Under the pieces are notes generated by a model, which did no database searches, was not told the DNA's origin, and saw only the letters and a list, made by a program, of their open reading frames with translations. Made by a program: the position numbers and the translations under genes. Positions 7,453-16,411 of a DNA stretch of 35,821 bases are shown in pieces. Position 1 is the first letter of the stretch. Each line of letters begins with the position of its first letter. The DNA comes from a virus (Duplodnaviria > Heunggongvirae > Uroviricota > Caudoviricetes), in the IMG/VR virus record IMGVR_UViG_2698536369_000023; one strand, 5' to 3'.

Positions 7453-8415
7453 ATGAGCAGCAAGCTTCATGGTCTTGTCTGGGAAGGGTGCGCCTTTACC
7501 GGCATGATCTTATCCAGGGTGGCGGTTATGGCCCGTCTTGCAGACTACAGCAATGACGAGGGCGTGTCATGGCCTGCCATTGAAACTATCCGGCGTCAGA
7601 TCGGTGCAAGAAGTGAATCCACAGTGAAATCGGCTATTGCAGAACTGGCGAAAGAGGGCTGGCTGACGAAGGAAGAGCGTAAGGTCGGTGGGCGTAATGT
7701 AAGCAATATCTATCGGCTTAATGTGGAAAAACTCGAAGCAGCTGCGGCGGCGGCGCGTGAGTCATATAAACCGAAAAGAAAAATTAGCCCGGCAAAAAAT
7801 GACCCGTTAACAGTTGACCCGTCAAATATTGACCCCTCAACGGTTGACCCGTCAAATTTTGATGGATCAACTGTTGATAAAAAACTGCCGATTAGGGGGG
7901 CGATGATTGACCCCGATCCGTCAGTATTAAAACCTGATCCGTCAGATAAAAGATCTTCTTGTCCGGACGCTTCGCAACCGGACCCGCAGACGGCTGAACA
8001 GGATTTTTTAACCCGACACCCTGACGCGGTTGTGTTCAGTGCGAAAAAACGCCAGTGGGGAAGTCAGGAAGATTTGGTGTGCGCACAGTGGATCTGGGGA
8101 CGAATCGTGAGTCTTTACGAGCAGGCGGCCAGCTATGATGGCGAGATCACTAGACCGAAAGAACCCAACTGGACAGCATGGGCCAATGACGTTCGCACAA
8201 TGCGGATGCTGGATGGCAGAACTCACAGACAAATTTGTGAAATGTTTGGGCGTCTCCAGCGGGATTCGTTCTGGGTAAAAAACATCATGAGTCCGGCAAA
8301 ACTCCGGGAAAAATGGGATGAACTGGTTATCCGCCTGGGGCGTTCGCCTGCGCAGCGTTGCGTGAATCACATTTCTGAACCGGACACTGAAATACCGCCG
8401 GGATTCAGGGGGTGA
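7453..8415 (+). CDS. Phage replication initiation protein (O-like) with origin iterons embedded in the coding sequence
   Basis: ORF with GGGGG RBS before ATG 7453 (the track starts at a GTG at 7438); N-terminal winged-helix-like region; iteron array inside the gene; followed by a DnaC-like loader. Confidence 0.65.
   Translation: MSSKLHGLVWEGCAFTGMILSRVAVMARLADYSNDEGVSWPAIETIRRQIGARSESTVKSAIAELAKEGWLTKEERKVGGRNVSNIYRLNVEKLEAAAAAARESYKPKRKISPAKNDPLTVDPSNIDPSTVDPSNFDGSTVDKKLPIRGAMIDPDPSVLKPDPSDKRSSCPDASQPDPQTAEQDFLTRHPDAVVFSAKKRQWGSQEDLVCAQWIWGRIVSLYEQAASYDGEITRPKEPNWTAWANDVRTMRMLDGRTHRQICEMFGRLQRDSFWVKNIMSPAKLREKWDELVIRLGRSPAQRCVNHISEPDTEIPPGFRG
7799..7885. repeat. Replication origin iterons: six approximately 15-bp repeats (TTGACCCGTCAAAT-like, each internally palindromic TTGAC..GTCAA) followed by an AT-rich segment
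   Basis: Repeat starts near 7799, 7814, 7829, 7844, 7859 and 7874 at 15-bp periodicity, then ttgataaaaaact; analogous to ori-lambda inside gene O. Confidence 0.7.
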
Positions 8416-8421
8416 CGTGTC

Positions 8422-9168
8422 ATGAAAAACATTGCGGCAGTTGGGGTTCTTGAACGTATTCGCAGACTTGCACCACAGGGGTCGGTTCCACCGTACCGGA
8501 CGGTGGAGGAGTGGCGGGAATGGCAACTTGCTGAAGGACGAAAACGCAGCGAGGAGATTAACCGCCAGAATCGCCAGTTGCGGGTGGAAAAAATCCTGAA
8601 TCGTTCGGGCATCCAGCCTCTGCACAGCAAATGCTCGTTTGCAAATTATCAGGTGCAGAACGACGGGCAAAAATACGCGCTGAGCCAGGCCAAATCCATA
8701 GCTGACGAACTGATGACCGGGTGCACGAATTTTGTGTTCAGCGGTAAAACCGGCACCGGGAAAAATCACCTTGCAGCGGCGATGGGCAACCGGCTGATGG
8801 TGAAGGGGCGCAGCGTGATTATCGTCACCGTGTCTGACGTCATGAGCGTGTTGCATGACAGCTACGACAACGGCAAATCCGGGGAAAAATTTTTACAGGA
8901 GCTTTGCGGGGTTGATTTGCTGGTCCTGGATGAAATAGGCGTTCAGCGGGAGACGAAAAACGAGCAGGTGGTATTGCACCAGATAATTGATCGCCGGACA
9001 GCATCACTGTGCAGTGTCGGGATGTTAACAAACCTGAATCATGCCGCAATGAGTACGCTTCTTGGTGAGAGGATTATGGACCGCATGACCATGAACGGTG
9101 GTCGATGGGTGACGTTTAACTGGGATAGCTGGCGTCCAAATGTCAGCAATATGAGGGTTGTGAAGTAA
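8422..9168 (+). CDS. DnaC-like helicase loader (IstB-type AAA+ ATPase)
   Basis: Walker A GKTGTGKNHLA and Walker B DLLVLDEIG; follows the initiator as in lambdoid O-P / Rac ydaU-ydaV. Confidence 0.85.
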   Translation: MKNIAAVGVLERIRRLAPQGSVPPYRTVEEWREWQLAEGRKRSEEINRQNRQLRVEKILNRSGIQPLHSKCSFANYQVQNDGQKYALSQAKSIADELMTGCTNFVFSGKTGTGKNHLAAAMGNRLMVKGRSVIIVTVSDVMSVLHDSYDNGKSGEKFLQELCGVDLLVLDEIGVQRETKNEQVVLHQIIDRRTASLCSVGMLTNLNHAAMSTLLGERIMDRMTMNGGRWVTFNWDSWRPNVSNMRVVK

Positions 9169-9189
9169 TTTTGTCCGGAGGAAATTTTA

Positions 9190-9960
9190 ATGGAAACCGT
9201 ATCTGACGCACTGAAAGCACTGAAAAAAGCCTCTTCACATGTGGTGGCAGCTCGCCTTGGAATCAGTCGTGAAGAGGCTGTCAACGAGCTGTGGGAACTC
9301 AAAAGAAAAGGCGTCGTTGATAAAACTGGTCACACCTGGTTTCTGGCTGGCGAAGGTGAATCCCGGGTAACCGAAGAGCGGCCAGTAAAATCTGAAGCAC
9401 AGGATATGCTGACCGGGGAGGTCGAACAAAAAGTTACCGCAGACATGATGATTGAGTTTATCGGTCAGGATGGGGCTAAAACGTGTGAGGAACTGGCGGG
9501 TAAGTTCGGTGTCAGTACTCGCAAGGTTGCTTCCACGCTGGCGGTGGTAACCGCAACGGGGCGGCTGGCACGCGTTAATCAGAACGGTAAATTTCGTTAC
9601 TGCATGCCGGGCGATAATTTACCAGCAGAGCCGAAAGCCGCGCTGGTAACGGAAAGTGATGGTAAGGCCTTTCCTCAGCCAGCAGGTGCTGCGTTACCAG
9701 TCCGGGAAGCCGCAACACAGGAAGAAATTAAAACAGAAACTGTGGCGGACATTGTGCAGCCGTTGCCATCGTTTACCGAAACGCAAGCAGATGAGCTGAT
9801 TTTTCCGTCCCTTCGCAGGGCAAACCTGGCGCTGCGCAGGGCGAAAAGTGATGTTCAGAAGTGGGAGCGAGTCTGCGCCGCGCTGCGGGAGCTGAACAAG
9901 CACCGGGATATTGTTCGACAGATTACTGATTCTTCCCGCCGTGTTGTATCGGAAAAGTGA
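9190..9960 (+). CDS. Hypothetical early-region protein (recalled as a DUF1627-type enterobacterial prophage protein)
   Basis: 256-aa ORF with GGAGG RBS; domain name from memory only. Confidence 0.5.
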   Translation: METVSDALKALKKASSHVVAARLGISREEAVNELWELKRKGVVDKTGHTWFLAGEGESRVTEERPVKSEAQDMLTGEVEQKVTADMMIEFIGQDGAKTCEELAGKFGVSTRKVASTLAVVTATGRLARVNQNGKFRYCMPGDNLPAEPKAALVTESDGKAFPQPAGAALPVREAATQEEIKTETVADIVQPLPSFTETQADELIFPSLRRANLALRRAKSDVQKWERVCAALRELNKHRDIVRQITDSSRRVVSEK

Positions 9961-9975
9961 TTGCCGGAGGCGCTT

Positions 9976-10398
9976 ATGGCAAAAGTATTTACACAAGAAG
10001 AGCGGGAAAAAATTAAAGGGCAGGTTGTTGAACTAGTACGCCGGAGTGGGCGCGAGACGTTACGGCAACTGGAAGCCAAGACAGGTGCGACAAGATATCT
10101 GATGAGCGTTCTCGCCAGAGAGCTGGTTGCCAGTGGCGATGTATACAACTCTGGTTACGGGTTATTCCCGTCTGAACAGGCTCGTAAGGACTGGCAAAAT
10201 GCCCGCAAAAAACTATCTAGGGCAAAGGTGAAGAAACCATCTGTGGTTGATCCGGATCTTATCTGGTCATTACCAGACGGAGAAATACGTCGCTACGACA
10301 GGCGTATGAGCATAATCTGTCGCGAGTGCCGGAGAAGTGAAGTTATGCAGCGCGTGCTGGCGTTCTATCAGGGGAATTTTCAGGAGGTGATGCTGTGA
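9976..10398 (+). CDS. Hypothetical protein
   Basis: ATG at 9976 preceded by GGAGG (the track ORF starts at a TTG at 9961); 4-nt overlap with the next gene. Confidence 0.5.
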   Translation: MAKVFTQEEREKIKGQVVELVRRSGRETLRQLEAKTGATRYLMSVLARELVASGDVYNSGYGLFPSEQARKDWQNARKKLSRAKVKKPSVVDPDLIWSLPDGEIRRYDRRMSIICRECRRSEVMQRVLAFYQGNFQEVML

Positions 10399-10883
10399 GT
10401 ACACCGGCAACCATTCTTGATATGTGCTGTGGCAGCCGTATGTTCTGGTTCGATAAGAATGACGACCGGGCGATATTTAGCGATATCAGAAAGGAAGAGC
10501 ATACATTGTGCGATGGGCGACGCCTGATTATTAGCCCTGACCTGATAGCAGATTTTCGTGCATTACCATCTGCAGACGCAACGTTTCCGGTTGTTGTATT
10601 CGACCCTCCGCATCTTGAGCGTATTGGTGATAATGCCTGGATGGGAAAGAAATATGGACGGCTGAATAAAGATACCTGGCGTGATGATTTGCGGCAGGGA
10701 TTTAAAGAAGCCTTTCGTGTGTTGTGGCCACATGGCGTTCTGATTTTTAAATGGAATGAAACGCAAATATCTGTCCGCCAGATATTGGCACTGACCGACG
10801 TGAAACCAATCATCAGCCAGCGCACTGGTAAGAACGATAAAACACATTGGATTATTTTTATGAAGGAGGCAACCAGTGGGTAA
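10395..10883 (+). CDS. Small phage DNA adenine methyltransferase (phage Dam-like; DPPH motif)
   Basis: N-terminal LDMCCGSRM (SAM-binding-like) and VVVFDPPH (D/N-PP-Y/F/H catalytic motif of amino-MTases); AGGAGG N6 GTG start. Confidence 0.6.
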   Translation: MSTPATILDMCCGSRMFWFDKNDDRAIFSDIRKEEHTLCDGRRLIISPDLIADFRALPSADATFPVVVFDPPHLERIGDNAWMGKKYGRLNKDTWRDDLRQGFKEAFRVLWPHGVLIFKWNETQISVRQILALTDVKPIISQRTGKNDKTHWIIFMKEATSG

Positions 10884-11130
10884 ATCAAAATGCCTGGTTT
10901 ATGGCAACAAGATAGAACCGTGTACGGCACTGGCAAAATCCCTTGAGCATGATGCTGAATACACGACGCGAAAAGGTCTGCTGATATACAAAATCTGGAA
11001 TGAGAGTTTAACTCGCGGCCCTGATTTGGTGATGTTGCGTTCCGGTGAATTTTCTAAATCACCAGTGCGGGTTTCATTTTGTCCGTTCTGTGGTGAAAGT
11101 CTGAAAACGTGGGAGAACAGAAATGAATGA
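10876..11130 (+). CDS. Hypothetical protein with a CxxC pair
   Basis: 84-aa ORF, GTG start with GAAGGAGG RBS; contains CPFCGE. Confidence 0.45.
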   Translation: MGKSKCLVYGNKIEPCTALAKSLEHDAEYTTRKGLLIYKIWNESLTRGPDLVMLRSGEFSKSPVRVSFCPFCGESLKTWENRNE

Positions 11131-11434
11131 AATTAAAGAAATACCAGTAGTACGTGATGAATATGGCTGCTGGACGCATCCTGAATATGAAAAATTCTGT
11201 GATGGTAGAGAACATATTTCAACGGAAGAGTTTAACGCATGGATGGAGGAAAATAATCTTCAATGGACCATCAGAACTATGGATGAAGATGATTTTAATC
11301 TGGACGCAGATGGTCCCGATATTGCCGCTTGGGAACCAGAGCGACCAGAGGGCGAAGGCTGGTTTGTTGGCTCTATTCATGACACTGAAGATGGTCCTGT
11401 TTGTGTATGGCTGAGAAATAAGGCTGAAGCATAA
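11123..11434 (+). CDS. Hypothetical acidic phage protein
   Basis: 103-aa ORF with RBS; overlaps the previous gene by 8 nt. Confidence 0.5.
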   Translation: MNEIKEIPVVRDEYGCWTHPEYEKFCDGREHISTEEFNAWMEENNLQWTIRTMDEDDFNLDADGPDIAAWEPERPEGEGWFVGSIHDTEDGPVCVWLRNKAEA

Positions 11435-11563
11435 AGGCGATAAATCACCTGGCAACAAAACACTGAAAAATTTAAATCAGAAGTGAATTTTATTAAATCC
11501 TTAACCGGAGGGATTCCTGCACCCTCAGAACATCAGGAGGCCGCCTGAAAGGGCGGTAATGAA

Positions 11564-11746
11564 ATGCGAAAGTTCAGAATAATAATTGAAACGGGAATGG
11601 CTGGTGGAGATTTTGAGGATGTATTCGAAGTGGATGATGGCGCGACACCAGATGAAATACAGGACGAAGCAAAAGAAATTTTCTTTAACTACTGCAATTA
11701 CTCATATCACGAAATAAAAGACGAGGAGGAAGAACAAAATGGCTGA
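11564..11746 (+). CDS. Small hypothetical acidic protein
   Basis: 60-aa ORF with AAAGGG RBS. Confidence 0.4.
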   Translation: MRKFRIIIETGMAGGDFEDVFEVDDGATPDEIQDEAKEIFFNYCNYSYHEIKDEEEEQNG

Positions 11747-11915
11747 TTTTGGTTCAACTAAATACAACGTCAGTTTTGAAGAATGGCATGAACTGTTAAT
11801 GGACTATGCAGAGTTACGCGGTGGAAGTGCTGCTGATGCTGAAGCATGGCGTGATGATTATGAAGCAGGGAAAACTCCGGTCGAAGCATATTGTGATGAG
11901 TGGGGCGATGAATGA
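11739..11915 (+). CDS. Small hypothetical protein (58 aa; manually detected)
   Basis: ATG 11739 overlaps the previous stop and its stop overlaps the next start (ATGA); product MADFGSTKYNVSFEEWHELLMDYAELRGG... Confidence 0.35.
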   Translation: MADFGSTKYNVSFEEWHELLMDYAELRGGSAADAEAWRDDYEAGKTPVEAYCDEWGDE

Positions 11916-12469
11916 GCGGGATTAACTATCAGATGCTGCGGGATAAGGCAGAGAACGCAACTAAAGGAGGCTACATCGTAGGGCATACATCTGTTAACCA
12001 GCACGGTAATTTAACAGGAGTTTTTGTTTGTCAAAAATGGAAAGGAGAACCAGGTGGCGTGATTGCAGAATGTCATGTTAACTGCCTGGTTGAAACAGAT
12101 GCTCAGGCTTATGCAAACGCAGAATTCATAGCAGAGGCTAGCCCGGCTACCGTGCTGGCACTACTGGATGAACGGGAAGCAGCCAACAAGCGCATAGCAG
12201 AACTGGAAGCACGGGAAATAAAACCAGCCAAAGGCGAAGTTCTTGTCGTTGTATCTGGTTTTACTGGTTGCGGAAAAAGCGCCATCGCCGGGGAAATAGA
12301 AATCGCGATGAAGGCTATTGGTGTACCGGTTAAGTGGACTAATGGCGATGCAGAAAAGCGCATGACTGGCGCTGACTGGCTGACAGCGATTGAGATGTAC
12401 AAACCAACTGTGCGCATCGTGGAAGTTAATGTGCCACGCGCCGCTGGCATTCGCATCAAAGGAGAGTGA
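11912..12469 (+). CDS. Ead/Ea22-like protein
   Basis: Motif PATVLALLDEREAANKRIAELEA resembles the recalled Ead/Ea22-like family of lambdoid prophages. Confidence 0.55.
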   Translation: MSGINYQMLRDKAENATKGGYIVGHTSVNQHGNLTGVFVCQKWKGEPGGVIAECHVNCLVETDAQAYANAEFIAEASPATVLALLDEREAANKRIAELEAREIKPAKGEVLVVVSGFTGCGKSAIAGEIEIAMKAIGVPVKWTNGDAEKRMTGADWLTAIEMYKPTVRIVEVNVPRAAGIRIKGE

Positions 12470-12470
12470 T

Positions 12471-12680
12471 ATGGCTATCGCTGCAAGTTACACCATGCAT
12501 CTCTATTGTGATTGCCTCCAGTGTACAGATGGCAAATATAAGTCGCCAGACTTCGGTGAGTATATAGGTACGTCATGGGCTGGCTGTGCAAAAGAGGCGC
12601 GCAAGGATGGCTGGCGAATAAGCAAAGACAAAACGCGTGCTTTTTCACCCGGGCATAAAGTTTTGAGGATTAACAAATGA
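12471..12680 (+). CDS. Small cysteine-rich hypothetical protein
   Basis: ATG 12471 with AAAGGAGAG RBS (the track ORF 12390-12680 is N-extended); CDCLQC motif. Confidence 0.45.
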   Translation: MAIAASYTMHLYCDCLQCTDGKYKSPDFGEYIGTSWAGCAKEARKDGWRISKDKTRAFSPGHKVLRINK

Positions 12681-13486
12681 CAACATTTACCGACGACGAC
12701 AAGAAACTAATTAAAGAAATCAAAGAGCGTATCAGCAGCCCGGAGGTTCGAGACGATATTGAGCGCCGGGCTTATGAAATAGCGTTAGCCTCGCTGGAAG
12801 CAGAGCCGGTGGCATGGCTGCATTCAGACAATGGCTTAGGTATTCCGGCAATAACGAGGAGTAAAAACATTGCTGACAGTTGGTTATCAAAGAGCTGGTA
12901 TGTTCAGCCGCTATATATAGCCAAGCCAGTGCCGGTGGAGCCAGATGCTCGTCCGTCTTTAAATAATGGCATAGTCGGCTTTGATGAAGGCTGGAACGCT
13001 TGCCGCGCCGCCATGATTCATGCCGGAAACTTTCGGGAAAACTTGAATTCGTCAACCAATAATTTTCGGGAAATTGCGGAAACGTCAATCAACTCTCCGG
13101 TAGTTCCTGGTGAGGTGTTGTCCGCAATCCGGGAGGTTGCCAGGGTTCGTGCCGATTTCGATGATTTTGACGGTGACAGGCGAGGTATCGGTGATTGTCT
13201 GAATGAGTCTGAGCAAGAGCTTATCGTTACCATTAACAAATATGCCAGTCAGATTGCAGCAAAGCCGCCGCAGGAGGAGAAGAGTGGGAACGCTGACTGT
13301 ACCGCCACTTCTGGTAAAACTGACAATCCACAAGCATCCGGAAAACAGGTTGATGAATTAACCATGTTGGTTAAGCGATTAGCCAGTTCGTTAAAAAGCG
13401 TCAATAAATCAAGTAAGCTGCCTGATAAGGCGATGGATTATCTTTTGCGGAACGGACTGGTAAGTGTGGAGGGGAGGGGACGATGA
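12677..13486 (+). CDS. Hypothetical protein (nin-region)
   Basis: 269-aa ORF overlapping the previous stop by 4 nt. Confidence 0.5.
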   Translation: MTTFTDDDKKLIKEIKERISSPEVRDDIERRAYEIALASLEAEPVAWLHSDNGLGIPAITRSKNIADSWLSKSWYVQPLYIAKPVPVEPDARPSLNNGIVGFDEGWNACRAAMIHAGNFRENLNSSTNNFREIAETSINSPVVPGEVLSAIREVARVRADFDDFDGDRRGIGDCLNESEQELIVTINKYASQIAAKPPQEEKSGNADCTATSGKTDNPQASGKQVDELTMLVKRLASSLKSVNKSSKLPDKAMDYLLRNGLVSVEGRGR

Positions 13487-13566
13487 CCTGGCCTGAGGCA
13501 TTTACCACGGTAGGGATTGCAATGGCCGTGGCGTTGGTGGTGTATTCGATTTGCCGCTGGGGGTAA
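13483..13566 (+). CDS. Possible 27-aa single-TM peptide
   Basis: ATGA-coupled to the upstream gene; product MTWPEAFTTVGIAMAVALVVYSICRWG is hydrophobic. Very short, so speculative. Confidence 0.25.
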   Translation: MTWPEAFTTVGIAMAVALVVYSICRWG

Positions 13567-14030
13567 GGTATTAAAGAATGCCCCCGCACACATAAGTTGA
13601 GCGTCTGAGGTGTGGGGATAGGGAGTTAGTTAAATTGTTATACAACAATATCTGATTTTGTATTGAAGCAAGGAAGAGGTTGCCACATATTGAATCATGC
13701 ACGTGTACGTCAAATGTGGGAGGTCATCGTGCTGGTTCTGAAATGTGCGCTGGCTATTGCGGCTGTAATGGCAATTTATTGTCTTGTTATCGTTCTTATG
13801 GATCACCTTTCTGATTGATTTTATATTGGCGAGGTGACGGGAGTTAAGTAGAATTGCTGCGGGTGCTTGAGGCTGTCTGCCTCAGGCATGAACACCAAAA
13901 GGCAGATAGAGAAAAGCCCCAGTTAACATTACGCGTCCTGCAAGACGCTTAACATTAATCTGAGGCCATATCTATGCTCTACACACGTAGGTTAGCCTCT
14001 TACGTGCCGAAAGGCAAGGAGAAGCAGGCT

Positions 14031-14186
14031 ATGAAGCAGCAAAAGGCGATGCTAATCGCCCTGATCGTCATCTGTTTAACCGTCATAGTGACGGCACTGG
14101 TAACGAGGAAAGACCTCTGCGAGGTACGAATCCGAACCGGCCAGACGGAGGTCGTTGTCTTCACAGCTTACGAACCTGAGGAGTAA
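14031..14186 (+). CDS. hok: Hok/Gef-family type I toxin
   Basis: MKQQKAMLIALIVICLTVIVTALVTRKDLCEVRIRTGQTEVVVFTAYEPEE is a Hok/Gef match; the upstream leader has hok-like fold-back elements; a terminator follows. Confidence 0.85.
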   Translation: MKQQKAMLIALIVICLTVIVTALVTRKDLCEVRIRTGQTEVVVFTAYEPEE

Positions 14187-14254
14187 GAGACCCGGCGGGG
14201 GAGAAATCCCTCGCCACCGCTGATGTGTCAGGCATCCTCAACGCACCCGCACTT

Positions 14255-14282
14255 AACCCGCTTCGGCGGGTTTTGTTTTTTC
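14255..14282 (+). terminator. Rho-independent terminator after hok
   Basis: CCCGC-TTCG-GCGGG hairpin followed by TTTTGTTTTT. Confidence 0.7.
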
Positions 14283-14353
14283 TGGTCGTTCTGGTTTACA
14301 ATCCATCCGTCAGCCTGAACAACTGGCACCTGCTGCGCCAGCAGAGAAAACAG

Positions 14354-14632
14354 ATGGCGCACGATACCAAATTTTACAATTCGGATAACTCTGCCGCCCC
14401 TGCCAGCAGGCACGGGCGGCGTTCTCATGCATTCAAATATGACTGGTATCAGCACGATCCCTGCACTGAAGAACAGGCCGAATGGCTGATCCATAACTAC
14501 CGCAGACGTGGGTATGAGTTTAGGAAAGCCCTCAGCCTCGATTATCGTCACTGGATAATCTACGTCAGGCTGCCGTACTCCGAGCGCCCACCGCGTCCGT
14601 CCCGCACATTCCAGCAACGCATCTGGAGGTAA
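14354..14632 (+). CDS. Hypothetical protein (between hok and DUF968)
   Basis: In-frame ATG downstream of the hok terminator; the track ORF from 14225 would read through the terminator and is taken as over-extended. Confidence 0.45.
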   Translation: MAHDTKFYNSDNSAAPASRHGRRSHAFKYDWYQHDPCTEEQAEWLIHNYRRRGYEFRKALSLDYRHWIIYVRLPYSERPPRPSRTFQQRIWR

Positions 14633-14633
14633 C

Positions 14634-15674
14634 GTGCGGGTATTACTTCGACCTGTTCCGGTACCGGAACTTGGGTTGGTGGTCCTTAAACCAGGCCGTG
14701 AATCCATGCAGGTATTCCATAACCCTCGAGTGCTTGTGGAGCCGGAACCGAAAAGCATGCGCGGTCTGCCGTCCGGCATCGCCCCTGCCGTTCGCCAGCC
14801 GCTGGCGGAGGATAAATCATTACTGCCGTTTTTCAGTAACGCACGGGTGATTCGTGCTGCTGGTGCATTGTCTGACTGGCTGTTGCGCCATATTAAATCC
14901 TGCCAGTGGCCACACGGCGATTATCATCACAGCGAAACCGTCATTCACCGTTATGGTACCGGCGCAATGGTGTTGTGCTGGCACTGCGACAACCAGCTGC
15001 GTGACCAGACATCCGAATCACTCGAGCAACTTGCTCATCAAAACCTGTCAGCATGGATGATTGACGTCATACGCCATGCAATGAATGGCACGCAGGAGCG
15101 GGAATTATCTCTGGCTGAATTATCCTGGTGGGCAGTCTGCAATCAGGTGGCGGATGCACTCCCAGAGTCAGTATTACGTCGTTCTCTGGGGTTACGTGCG
15201 GACAAAATCCGCTCAGTGTACCGCGAAAGCGACATTGTACCGGGAGAGCAGAGCGCCACCAGCATACTGAAGCAGCGCACAAAAAATCTTGCGCCGTTGC
15301 TTCACACCCACCAGCCACAGAACCCAGCACAGGAAAAGCAGGTGGTCAGCATTGCCGTTGATCCGGAGTCTCCGGAATCTTTCATGAGGCGACCTAAACG
15401 TCGCCGTTGGGTAAATGAGAAATATACGCGCTGGGTGAAGACACAGCCGTGTGCGTGTTGTGGTCAACCAGCCGACGATCCCCATCACCTGATTGGTCAC
15501 GGTCAGGGAGGGATGGGAACAAAGGCCCACGATATTTTCACGCTACCGTTGTGCCGGGAACATCACAACGAACTTCATGCGGATCCGCTGGCGTTCGAAG
15601 AAAAGCATGGTTCTCAGGTTGATTTAATTTTTCGTTTTCTTGATCACGCCTTTGCAACCGGCGTGCTTGGGTAA
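14634..15674 (+). CDS. DUF968-family protein (YdfU-like) with C-terminal Cys/His HNH-like motif
   Basis: 346 aa, GTG start after GGAGG; C-terminal CACCG...HHLIGHG...CREHHNELH; nin-region position before rusA. Confidence 0.6.
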   Translation: MRVLLRPVPVPELGLVVLKPGRESMQVFHNPRVLVEPEPKSMRGLPSGIAPAVRQPLAEDKSLLPFFSNARVIRAAGALSDWLLRHIKSCQWPHGDYHHSETVIHRYGTGAMVLCWHCDNQLRDQTSESLEQLAHQNLSAWMIDVIRHAMNGTQERELSLAELSWWAVCNQVADALPESVLRRSLGLRADKIRSVYRESDIVPGEQSATSILKQRTKNLAPLLHTHQPQNPAQEKQVVSIAVDPESPESFMRRPKRRRWVNEKYTRWVKTQPCACCGQPADDPHHLIGHGQGGMGTKAHDIFTLPLCREHHNELHADPLAFEEKHGSQVDLIFRFLDHAFATGVLG

Positions 15675-15686
15675 AAGAGGTTACTG

Positions 15687-16058
15687 ATGCGTATAGAGTT
15701 TGTTTTGCCTTATCCGCCGACGGTGAATACTTACTGGCGACGTCGTGGCAGCACATATTTTGTATCAAAAGTCGGTGAGTGTTATCGCCGTGATGTGGCG
15801 CTTATTGTTCGCCAGCAGCGGCTGAAATTAAAACTGTCCGGAAGGCTGGCGATAAAGATTATTGCAGAGCCACCGGATAAGCGCCGCCGCGACCTGGACA
15901 ATATCCTGAAAGCACCACTGGATGCGCTGACGCATGCCGGACTTCTCATAGACGACGAGCAGTTTGATGAAATCAATATTGTGCGCGGTCAGCTCGTTCC
16001 TGGTGGGCGACTGGGCGTGAAGATTTGCGAAATCAGAGGTGATGGTAATGGGGCGTGA
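15687..16058 (+). CDS. rusA: Holliday junction resolvase RusA
   Basis: 123 aa with RusA-like core (DKRRRDLDNILKAPLDALTHAGLLIDDEQ). Confidence 0.85.
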   Translation: MRIEFVLPYPPTVNTYWRRRGSTYFVSKVGECYRRDVALIVRQQRLKLKLSGRLAIKIIAEPPDKRRRDLDNILKAPLDALTHAGLLIDDEQFDEINIVRGQLVPGGRLGVKICEIRGDGNGA

Positions 16059-16398
16059 TATGTATGAGGTTTTAGATCGCTGGGGGGCATGGGCTGCAGC
16101 AGAAAATAGCGGTGTCGATTGGCAACCGATAGCAGCGGGCTTCAAGGGGCTTTTGCCACATGGCAAAAAGTCACGTCTCCAGTGTAATGATGATGAAGGC
16201 ATCATGATAGACGGTTGTGTGGCTCGGTTGCGAAAGTATAAACCAGAGGAATATGAGCTGCTCATAGCTCACTTTGTTATTGGTGTTTCTCTACGCTCAA
16301 TCGCGAAGAAACGCAGGTGCTCAGATGGAACTATAAGAAAGGAGCTGCAAACTGCATTAGGCTTTATTGATGGATGTATATGCTTGATTCTATCATAA
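16048..16398 (+). CDS. Late gene antitermination protein Q (QuuD/phage-82 type)
   Basis: VLDRWGAWAAAENSGVDWQPIAAGFKGLL resembles the recalled QuuD N-terminus; start ambiguous between 16039, 16048 and 16060; overlaps the rusA end. Confidence 0.7.
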   Translation: MGRDMYEVLDRWGAWAAAENSGVDWQPIAAGFKGLLPHGKKSRLQCNDDEGIMIDGCVARLRKYKPEEYELLIAHFVIGVSLRSIAKKRRCSDGTIRKELQTALGFIDGCICLILS

Positions 16399-16411
16399 GT
16401 TATGACTGTTA

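Noticed and set aside
7799-7885. Possibility that the direct repeats form a CRISPR array
   Set aside because: Repeats are only about 15 bp, contiguous without unique spacers, lie inside a replication gene and have no cas genes nearby; they are origin iterons.
8008-8856. 282-aa minus-strand ORF across the initiator/DnaC-like junction
   Set aside because: Antisense to two well-supported replication genes; His/Arg/Pro-rich composition, no RBS, no recognisable domain.
10343-10936. 197-aa minus-strand ORF opposite the methyltransferase gene
   Set aside because: Antisense to a CDS with catalytic motifs; low-complexity translation.
14225-14353. Upstream extension of the 14354-14632 ORF, and the 183-aa antisense ORF 14228-14779
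   Set aside because: The extension would read through the hok terminator hairpin; the antisense ORF overlaps two supported plus-strand genes and is Gly/Arg/Pro-rich.
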